64,000 bases of DNA, taken from the NCBI GenBank assembly GCA_963664115.2, contig CAXWPJ010000006.1, positions 224,088 to 288,087 on the forward strand. Direction: 5' to 3'. The position numbers and the translations under genes were made by a program. Source of the DNA: Terriglobia bacterium. Lineage in GTDB: Bacteria; Acidobacteriota; Terriglobia; 20CM-2-55-15. This document shows, piece after piece, positions 8,392 to 16,097 of the stretch (the stretch's first letter is position 1; every line of letters begins with the position of its first letter). The notes under the pieces are model-generated. The model saw nothing but the letters and a program-made list of their open reading frames with translations. It was not told the origin of the DNA and did no database searches.

Positions 8392-9411
8392 ATGACTCGA
8401 ATCAGTGGAGCCTCATTGCTGCTCGTTATAGTCGGGCTGATGGCTCAACCGGTAGAAGCCCGTCCGGAATTCTTCATGCAGTTCCAGAGTGATCCGTTTC
8501 GGAACGTGGAGCTGGATACCTGCGGGGTTTGTCACGAGAATCCGGGAGGCGGCGGTCCTCGAAACGAATTCGGTCTGACCTTCGCTGAGGCAGGATTCCA
8601 GATCACGCCGATGATGAGGGCGAATTATCCGGACCGATTCACGGTCACAACGTTGGAAACCGGAAACACACCCACGATCTCGGAACCGAACGTTGTCTCC
8701 AAAATTTACTTGTCGGACCCGGACAATGAATTGATGGTTGTCGAGTTTCTTGCGATAGACGAGGCCAACGCTTTGCTGGAACCCACAATGCAGGTCGTGA
8801 GTCTGTTGGGCGGTGCGGTCGGGGGGGAAGATGACCAGACGCCGGAGAATTCGATGAGCTTCTTCATTACCAGTACAGGTCCCGGCGATGGGGCCAACCT
8901 GGGCGGGTTGGCCGGCGCGGACGCGCATTGCCAGTCACTTGCGGACGCCGCAGGGCATGCAGACAAGACCTGGCGCGCATACCTCAGCACGAGCTTTGAT
9001 GGAGAGCCCGCCCTCAACGCAGGCGACCGCGTCGGCGGCGGCCCCTGGTATAACGCCAATGGGCTTCTCGTTGCGCAGGGCGTGCTCGACTTGCACAGTG
9101 ACGGGAACCGGCTTAGTAAAATGGGCTCTCTGAATGAAAGAGGAGAAGTCGTCAACGGCAGGGGAGACGATCCCAACCGCCACGATATCCTTACAGGAAC
9201 CCTGTTAAACGGTATGGCGGCAGTCGACATGAATTGCAGCAATTGGACCAGCAATGGTGAGGGCAGCGCTCTGCTGGGTCACCATGACCGCGAAGGTGGG
9301 GGGGACAATGGTAGTTCCTGGAATTCAGCCCATGCTTCGAGAAGTTGCAGTCAGGCCGACTTGCAGGCGACCGGCGGCGACGGCCTGTTCTACTGCTTCG
9401 CTATCGACTAA
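8392..9411 (+). CDS. Secreted protein with an N-terminal CxxCH motif and a C-terminal endostatin/DUF1554-like (C-type-lectin-fold) domain
   Basis: ATG at 8392 preceded by AAGGAG. Signal peptide ..MAQPVEA. CGVCH at 8521-8535 is followed by NPGGGGPRNEFG. The C-terminal ~185 aa (FFITSTGPG..GGLAGADAHCQ..TWRAYLS..CSNWTS..LFYCFAID) resembles the collagen XV/XVIII endostatin sequence as I remember it. Confidence 0.8.
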   Translation: MTRISGASLLLVIVGLMAQPVEARPEFFMQFQSDPFRNVELDTCGVCHENPGGGGPRNEFGLTFAEAGFQITPMMRANYPDRFTVTTLETGNTPTISEPNVVSKIYLSDPDNELMVVEFLAIDEANALLEPTMQVVSLLGGAVGGEDDQTPENSMSFFITSTGPGDGANLGGLAGADAHCQSLADAAGHADKTWRAYLSTSFDGEPALNAGDRVGGGPWYNANGLLVAQGVLDLHSDGNRLSKMGSLNERGEVVNGRGDDPNRHDILTGTLLNGMAAVDMNCSNWTSNGEGSALLGHHDREGGGDNGSSWNSAHASRSCSQADLQATGGDGLFYCFAID

Positions 9412-9444
9412 GCCGCTGACTCTCTGCGACAGTATTTTCTCGAA

Positions 9445-9486
9445 GAAGGTCCCTGGCCGTTGGGCAAGGGACCTTCTGTTGTTTGT
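9445..9486 (+). terminator. Rho-independent terminator-like hairpin
   Basis: GAAGGTCCCT ... AGGGACCTTC stem with a 12 nt loop, followed by the T-rich TGTTGTTTGT. Confidence 0.6.
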
Positions 9487-9558
9487 GGCTGGCGCTACGA
9501 GCCGAGTGCTCTGGGTCTGGTACGATTCCGAGACCGTGCATTGTGGATTCGATTTGAA

Positions 9559-9594
9559 GTCTCAAGATTGGTCTCAAGATTGGTTTCAAGAATG
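9559..9594. repeat. Three tandem 12-mers just upstream of the monooxygenase start
   Basis: GTCTCAAGATTG, GTCTCAAGATTG, GTTTCAAGAATG (two perfect copies and one 10/12). The array ends 11 nt before the TTG start at 9606. Confidence 0.9.
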
Positions 9595-9605
9595 AAGGTG
9601 ACGCT

Positions 9606-10691
9606 TTGAAATTTGGATATTTCACCTTAAGCGACAACGCGTACCCGAATAATCCCCGTTCACCTGAACAGTTCATTACAGAGATTCGGGAGCAAGCGAT
9701 CTACGCCGACCAATTGGGTATGCACTCGGCATGGATTGGAGAGCATCACTTCGATTCTCTTGGAGTCAATTCGCGTCCGGGTACCTTGCTGGCCAGCATT
9801 GTCCCGGTAACGAAGAATATCCGGCTCGCGCCTGCGGTTGCCGTACTCCCATTGCACCACCCTCTCGATGTTGCGGAAGAATGGGCCACGATCGATTTGA
9901 TTTCCGGTGGTCGCGTGGACTTCGCGGCGGGCCGCGGCTACGACAGGCGGGAGTATGATCCCTTCGGGGCTCCGTTTATGGAGTCCGCAGAAATATTTTC
10001 CGAGTCCATCGATGTCATTCTGAAAGCCTGGAACTCACCCGGCCCCTGGTCGCACGAAGGAAAATACTTCCAGATACCGGAGATGCAGATCACGCCGCAC
10101 CCGCTTCAGAAACCGATTCCTTTCTTCATCGCGAGCTTCTCTGAAACCAGTGTTGATATTGCTGCCAAACGGGGCCTGAACATCATCTACGCACCGTTTG
10201 CCGCGGGGATGGTATTCGGAGGTCTCGACCGGGCCGTAGATATATATCGGGAAAAATGCGCGAGTCACGACCGCACCGCGGGGCGGACCTTGTGCAGCTA
10301 CTTTGTCCACTTCGCGGACACACCCGAAGAGGAAGAGTTTGGACGGCAGGCTCAGATGTCATACTTCAAGAACTGCGCCTTGCCTGCTTTCCCGAAGAAT
10401 CCCGCGAAAATGCCGCCCACAATGCAGTACTTCATGAAGATCTGCGACATCCTCGAGAACATGCAGAAGGAAGACCTGACGGACAAATCGATTCTCATCG
10501 GTCCATCTTCGAAGGCCATCGAAACTCTTAAACGAGTCGAAGCTGCGGGAATTACCGAGGTCATCCTTTATTTCAACGTCGGCAATAAACCCCACCAGTT
10601 GGTAAAGGAGCAAATGGCCAAGTTTATGGAAGAGGTTGCGCCCGCGTTCGAGGGGGGGACGGACACTTCAGAGTTCGGGATAAATCCCTGA
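9606..10691 (+). CDS. LLM-class (luciferase-like) flavin-dependent oxidoreductase
   Basis: 361 aa. MKFGYFTLSDN...AIYADQLGMHSAWIGEHHF and the overall layout are typical of luciferase-like monooxygenases. The last 12 codons (GGTDTSEFGINP) are encoded by the palindromic element at 10655-10725. Confidence 0.9.
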   Translation: MKFGYFTLSDNAYPNNPRSPEQFITEIREQAIYADQLGMHSAWIGEHHFDSLGVNSRPGTLLASIVPVTKNIRLAPAVAVLPLHHPLDVAEEWATIDLISGGRVDFAAGRGYDRREYDPFGAPFMESAEIFSESIDVILKAWNSPGPWSHEGKYFQIPEMQITPHPLQKPIPFFIASFSETSVDIAAKRGLNIIYAPFAAGMVFGGLDRAVDIYREKCASHDRTAGRTLCSYFVHFADTPEEEEFGRQAQMSYFKNCALPAFPKNPAKMPPTMQYFMKICDILENMQKEDLTDKSILIGPSSKAIETLKRVEAAGITEVILYFNVGNKPHQLVKEQMAKFMEEVAPAFEGGTDTSEFGINP

Positions 10692-10725
10692 TACTCCAGG
10701 ATCGATTTCTGAAGTGTCCGTCCCC
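10655..10725. repeat. Palindromic element copy E1 (arms GGGGACGGACACTTC / GAAGTGTCCGTCCCC, 41 nt loop)
   Basis: Perfect 15 bp inverted arms at 10655-10669 and 10711-10725. It lies between convergent genes. The left arm and part of the loop fall inside the 3' end of CDS 9606-10691. Confidence 0.95.
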
Positions 10726-11612
10726 TTAGTCGATGGCGAAACAGTAGAACAATCCGTCGCCGCCGGTCGCCTGCAGGTTTTCCTGGCTGCATCCCCTGGA
10801 CGGGTGGGCCGCGTTCCACTGATCGCGATCATGGTGGCCCAGCATCGCCTGACCTTCCTCACCGCCGTTGGTCCAGCTTTCACACGTTAACGAATACCCT
10901 GCGTCGGCCATGTTCAGCAGGTCCAGCAATTCCCACGGCCACGCAGTACCATTCGGGCGTGAACCGGTGAGGATGTCGTGGCGGTTGACCTCATCTCCGC
11001 CGCCGCTGACGATTTCACCGCGCTCGTTTAACGCTGTCTCCTTCCTGAGGTTATTGCTGCTCGAATGCAGTTGCTCGATATTGTTGGAGATCATGATGCC
11101 CCGAGCGTTGTACCAGGGGCCCGGGCCAATCCGGTCACGCGCGTCCACAGGTTCCGTCTCACTGGTGATGCTCAGGTACGCCCGCCACGTTTTGTTTCCT
11201 GCGCCCACGCCTTCCGTAAGCAACTGGCAGTGTCCGTCCGCACCTGACAGTCCCCCAGATCACCGCCCCTTCCGGGACCATTGCTGGTCAGGAAAAAGCT
11301 GAAGTTCTGAGGAAGATCTCCCAGACTCTGGGTGCCAGGGGCTGATTCTGTGGCCGCGCTGAGGAACATGTCGGGATACTCCTGGCGCAGTGCAGGAGTT
11401 ATTGAATATCCCGCGATCTCGAAACCGCGACCAAAGACGTTGCGGGGTCCGCCGCCTCCAGGATCCTGATGGCAGACGCTGCAACCATCGATCCCGGGAC
11501 GCCGCATCGGATCGGCCAGATAGTCATCGAGGAACTCAGGAAATGCCGAGGCGGGAAGCGAGATCGATCCAAGTAAGAGTAGCAACATGAACATTCGATT
11601 TGTCCCAATCAT
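10726..11612 (-). pseudogene. Frameshifted paralogue of 8392-9411 (CxxCH + endostatin/DUF1554-like domain)
   Basis: The two listed ORFs (11172-11612 and 10726-11223) together are collinear with the 8392-9411 protein: signal peptide, CSVCH at 11469-11483, ..FFLTSNGPGRGGDLG then, in another frame, GLSGADGHCQLLTEGVGAGNKTWRAYLS...LFYCFAID. One extra G in the 5-G run (C-run 11252-11256 on the plus strand) would restore the frame. Confidence 0.8.
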
Positions 11613-11857
11613 TGAGTCCCTTTCGTTAAGTAATAATTCCGTGAGGGCTTCTAAAGGCGTAGTTTACGCCGCCTTTCGGAGTTGAGGCAACCGTCGGTCA
11701 CGCCCTTCAAATGGTTACTATCGACAGACTCCACTGTCCTTGTGATTGAATCATCCCTTCACGATTCCGTTATTGGATTTGCCGTATAGATCGTGCAGGA
11801 TAGCTTCAGATGCAGACGCCTGCCCAGTTTGTGACCAATCTGAAGGAGATTCGGCGG

Positions 11858-12979
11858 ATGAAAGGATTAGTCCTTTCGATTGCGTTGATAATGACCGCAT
11901 GGGTGCAATTCGGGCACACTGAACCCCAGACCCGCCAGCTGCCTCCACCCGGACTGCCCACCCCTGTGGCAGATGTGGCGGACCCTGTCACGAACATCAA
12001 AACACGACTTATCGAAGCCGCCACTCGGGGAGAAACTGCAGAGGTCGGGCAACTTCTTGAAGAAGGGGCCGACGTGAATACGATGAATCCCAGTGGTTTC
12101 ACCCTACTCCTTCTGACTGGTCTCGAAGGCCACGTCGATACGATGCGGCTACTGGCCGAGGCTGGTGCTGATCTGGAGGTCCGGGATGGCAACGGTGCGA
12201 CGGCGCTGATTCCACTGGTTGCCGAGGGCCGGATCGATTCACTCAGGGCATTGCTCGAGCTCGGGGCTGATGTCGATGCCGCTGATGACAACGGTGCGAC
12301 GGCTCTGATGGTGGCAGGTTTCCACGGTCTCTACGAAGTCGTTAAAGTCCTGCTCGCCGCTGGCGCCAGTGTCGATTCTGAAGACTTCAATGGGGCGACG
12401 CCGTTGTTGTGGGCGGCCTCGCGAGGCGAACAGCGCACAATCGAGCTCCTTCTCGACGGCGGATCCGATGTCAACCGGAAGGATGTCAACGGATGGACCG
12501 CATCCATGGTTGCGGCGATTCAGGGTCGCATCCAGGCTGTGGGGGTTCTGATTGATCGCGGCGCGGACCTGAGTATCCGAAACAACGGAGGGGGCACGGC
12601 GTTGATGGGGGCAGCCCTGGCAGGTCATGCCGATGTCCTCCAGATACTCCTGGATGCGGGGGGCGACGTCAACGCGGCTGACGCAGATGGTATTACAGCG
12701 TTGATGTGGGCTGCGTCGGAGGGACACATCGACGGTTTTGACAGACTGCTCCGTGGGGGTGCAGACGTCAACGCGGTTGCGGTTGATGGAGGGACGGCCT
12801 TGGTGATGACTGCATCCGGGGGGCATGCGGAAGTGGCTCGGCGCCTCCTCGATTCCGGAGCCGCCGTCGATTCCCGAACCACTAATGGGGGTGAGGCCCT
12901 TGCGGCGGCTCTGGCCGGTGGTTACACGGAGATTGTGGTCATGTTGCGGAGGGCCGGAGCCCGCCAACCCGCACGATAG
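11858..12979 (+). CDS. Secreted ankyrin-repeat protein
   Basis: ATG at 11858 preceded by AAGGAG. Signal peptide MKGLVLSIALIMTAWVQFG. About nine consecutive ankyrin repeats (NGATALM.AA..GH..VV..LL.AGA.V). Confidence 0.9.
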   Translation: MKGLVLSIALIMTAWVQFGHTEPQTRQLPPPGLPTPVADVADPVTNIKTRLIEAATRGETAEVGQLLEEGADVNTMNPSGFTLLLLTGLEGHVDTMRLLAEAGADLEVRDGNGATALIPLVAEGRIDSLRALLELGADVDAADDNGATALMVAGFHGLYEVVKVLLAAGASVDSEDFNGATPLLWAASRGEQRTIELLLDGGSDVNRKDVNGWTASMVAAIQGRIQAVGVLIDRGADLSIRNNGGGTALMGAALAGHADVLQILLDAGGDVNAADADGITALMWAASEGHIDGFDRLLRGGADVNAVAVDGGTALVMTASGGHAEVARRLLDSGAAVDSRTTNGGEALAAALAGGYTEIVVMLRRAGARQPAR

Positions 12980-13068
12980 CCTCTGAAAGAGCAATAAGAG
13001 AAGATCGACCCGCTATATTTCTTTCCTTCAGCAGCAACTGTAAGGACCCGATACTAAGGAGAACATTT

Positions 13069-14973
13069 ATGAGTATCCGATGGACGACGACCCTGGCCCT
13101 GGCAGCCGTGCTGATGGCCCCGGAAACCGGCATGGGCCGTGCGCAAAACACTGATTGGCCGATGTACAACCATGACCTGTACGGTACGCGCCATTCGCCG
13201 TTGAGCGAAATCAACACGGACAACGTCGGGGACCTCGCCCAGGCTTGGTCTTTCAATATAGGTCGGCTTGCCAGCTCGGGAGGTCTCACCGGAGGCTCTG
13301 AGGCGACACCCATCGTCGTAGACGGCGTGATGTTCCTGCCACTTGCCGATGCTGTCATTGCCCTGGACGCGGCGACAGGGGAGGAGATCTGGAAGTATCA
13401 GATGTCGATCGATGACCCGCCTTCCCGGCGCGGCGTTTCATACTGGGCGGGAAATAGCGACACTGCCGCACGGATCTACGTCACCTCAGGCCGCCAGCTC
13501 ATCGGGTTGAGCGCCTTCACCGGTGAGCCTACCGCGAATTTCGGTGACGGTGGCATTGTGGACATGGTCCAGGCTTACAACGGCGTACCCGCTGTATTTG
13601 AAAACCTGCTGCTCGTGGGGACCAACGGCGTTCCAGGTGCCGTCCGCACCATTGATGCTGTCACGGGAGACTTGGTTTGGGAGTTCCGTTCGGTTCCACA
13701 ACCCGGTGAGTTTGGAAACGACACATGGGAAGGAGACAGTTGGATGGACCGGACAGGCACCTACAGTTGGGCCTTTGCTCCGACCATGGACCCGGAACGC
13801 GGAATCTATTACGCAGTATTTGAGACCGCAGGGCCGATTGACTACTGGGGTGGAGACCGCATCGGCGACAACCTGTTTGCAGGTTCGATCGTTGCGCTGG
13901 ACATTCGAACGGGCGAAAGGCTGTGGCACTACCAGACCGTGCATCATGATCTCTGGGATTATGACCTGCCATCTTCGCCCACGTTGTTGGATGTGAACGT
14001 GGACGGAGAAATTGTTCCCGTCCTCGCGCAGACCGCTAAGACTGGTTACATGTACATTCTGAATCGTGTCACGGGAGAACCTGTCTTCGGGATTGAAGAA
14101 GTTCCCATGCCCCCGACCTCGGTTCCCGAAGATCAGGCTTCACTGACCCAACCGGTCCCGGTGAAACCGCCACCACTGGCTCGAGTGAGTTACAGTCCCG
14201 AAGACCTGGTGACGGCTGAGGACACCAATGCTGAACATGCCGCTTTCTGTGCGGAGTTGGTGGAGCGTAGCGGAGGCTTCTACAACGCCGGCCCGTTTAC
14301 GCCCTATGTGTTCCGTGAAGAAGGTGCGCCTCCTTATTCTACGGTTATCTTCCCCGGATCAGTGGGGGGCGCGAACTGGGGTGGAAACACGGCCGATCCG
14401 ACCTTGGGCTATGTCATCGTTAACACGATGAGCGAAGGCAGCTTTGGTTGGATCGAGAGAAGCCCTGAAGGCGAGCGCGTGCCCTACCGGCGGAACAGCA
14501 TTGTCGGACGGACTTCGCGCTTCCAGTGGTCCGACAACACGCCGGACTCGGGTGGGAACATCGTCGGAGCCGGTGAGATGGGGTGGCCCTGCCAGAAACC
14601 ACCCTGGGGTGAGTTGGTGGCTGTCGACGCTAACACGGGTGACATCGCCTGGAGGGTTCCTCTCGGCATCACGGAGGAACTTCCCCTCGAAAAGCAGCAG
14701 ACGGGACGCCTGAATTTCGGGGGCCCGATATCCACGGCCGGGGGTCTGGTGTTCATAGGCGCCAGCAATGACCGGCGCTTCCGCGCGTTCGATACCCGAA
14801 CGGGTGAAGAACTCTGGACCCAAGTTCTGGTGATGAGTGCCCACTCAGTTCCAATTTCCTATGCCGTTGACGGCAAGCAGTACGTGGCTGTTGTGGCGGG
14901 CGGCCAGCGCGGCGACGTCGACGACCCCGGCCCGGAAGGCGCCGAGGCCGTCGTTGTTTTTGCCCTGCCATAG
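13069..14973 (+). CDS. PQQ-dependent dehydrogenase (quinoprotein, beta-propeller), secreted
   Basis: 634 aa with a signal peptide. DWPMYNHDLYGTRHSPLSEI, repeated W-containing propeller motifs and HHDLWDYDLPS are typical of the glucose/quinate-type PQQ dehydrogenase family. Confidence 0.85.
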   Translation: MSIRWTTTLALAAVLMAPETGMGRAQNTDWPMYNHDLYGTRHSPLSEINTDNVGDLAQAWSFNIGRLASSGGLTGGSEATPIVVDGVMFLPLADAVIALDAATGEEIWKYQMSIDDPPSRRGVSYWAGNSDTAARIYVTSGRQLIGLSAFTGEPTANFGDGGIVDMVQAYNGVPAVFENLLLVGTNGVPGAVRTIDAVTGDLVWEFRSVPQPGEFGNDTWEGDSWMDRTGTYSWAFAPTMDPERGIYYAVFETAGPIDYWGGDRIGDNLFAGSIVALDIRTGERLWHYQTVHHDLWDYDLPSSPTLLDVNVDGEIVPVLAQTAKTGYMYILNRVTGEPVFGIEEVPMPPTSVPEDQASLTQPVPVKPPPLARVSYSPEDLVTAEDTNAEHAAFCAELVERSGGFYNAGPFTPYVFREEGAPPYSTVIFPGSVGGANWGGNTADPTLGYVIVNTMSEGSFGWIERSPEGERVPYRRNSIVGRTSRFQWSDNTPDSGGNIVGAGEMGWPCQKPPWGELVAVDANTGDIAWRVPLGITEELPLEKQQTGRLNFGGPISTAGGLVFIGASNDRRFRAFDTRTGEELWTQVLVMSAHSVPISYAVDGKQYVAVVAGGQRGDVDDPGPEGAEAVVVFALP

Positions 14974-15059
14974 CGACAGTCTTCGAGATGGTGACAGCTA
15001 CGCTTTTAGGTAAAAGGGTGTCCATCCCCATTTTTAGTTGCACTGCTTAAGGAGGAACC

Positions 15060-16094
15060 GTGCCGGGTTCGACGCTGTTACCGGCATCTCTAGTCGGATC
15101 TTACGCGCAACCGGACTGGCTGATAGACCGCGAGAAACTGGCCGGGCGTTTTCCACCACGCGTCCGGGCCACCGAGCTCTGGCGTGTGGATCCGCAGTGG
15201 ATTGAAGAGGCTCAGGACGATGCGACGCTGCTGGCCATTCTTGATCAGGAACGTGCGGGCCTCGACATCATTACTGACGGCGAGATGCGGCGGGAGAGCT
15301 ACTCGAACCGTTTCGCAACGGCGCTGGAAGGCGTCGACATAGAAAACCCCGGGACTGCGCTCGACCGCAGTGGCCACGCGAACCCCGTCCCTCGCGTAAC
15401 CGGGAAGATTCGCAGAAAACATCCCGTCCAGGTGCGTGACCTAGAGTTCTTAAGGGCCAACACCGATCGTATGGTGAAGGTCACCGTGCCTGGCCCGTAC
15501 ACGATGTCGCAGCAGGCACAGAACGACTTTTACGACGATCAGGAAGTAATGGCGCTGGATTACGCCGCAGCTGTAAACGAAGAAATTAAAGACTTATTCG
15601 CAGCTGGAGCGGACATCGTCCAGATTGACGAACCCTATATGCAAGCCCGCCCGGAGAAGGCCCGTAAGTATGGATTGAACGTGCTAAATCGAGCCTTGGA
15701 TGGTGTAAAGGGGAAGACAGCCGTCCATCTCTGTTTCGGCTATGCAGCTATCATCCATGAGAGGCCGGAGGGTTATTCCTTCCTGCCCGAACTCGCGGAC
15801 GCACATGTAGATCAGATATCGATCGAGACGGCGCAGTCTTCGCTGGACTGTAGAGTTCTTGAGACTCTTCCTGGCAAGACCATCATTTTGGGAGTGATCG
15901 ACCTTTCGACCGACGAAGTGGAGACTGCCGAAGTCGTCGCCCAGCGGATCCGCCGGGCCTTGCCGCACGTAGACAGACATCGGATCATCGTAGCGCCGGA
16001 CTGCGGCATGAAGTATCTGCCACGAGCCTCTGCCCTCGGAAAGATGCAGGCGATGGTGGCCGGCGCCGCCTTGGTTCGATCCGAAGTCGAGTAG
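15060..16094 (+). CDS. Cobalamin-independent methionine synthase (MetE C-terminal domain)-like family protein
   Basis: 344 aa. LPASLVGSYAQPDWL, ITDGEMRRESY, IVQIDEP and VHLCFGY follow the MetE/UROD-like pattern. GTG start with AGGAGG upstream. Confidence 0.8.
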   Translation: MPGSTLLPASLVGSYAQPDWLIDREKLAGRFPPRVRATELWRVDPQWIEEAQDDATLLAILDQERAGLDIITDGEMRRESYSNRFATALEGVDIENPGTALDRSGHANPVPRVTGKIRRKHPVQVRDLEFLRANTDRMVKVTVPGPYTMSQQAQNDFYDDQEVMALDYAAAVNEEIKDLFAAGADIVQIDEPYMQARPEKARKYGLNVLNRALDGVKGKTAVHLCFGYAAIIHERPEGYSFLPELADAHVDQISIETAQSSLDCRVLETLPGKTIILGVIDLSTDEVETAEVVAQRIRRALPHVDRHRIIVAPDCGMKYLPRASALGKMQAMVAGAALVRSEVE

Positions 16095-16097
16095 GTT

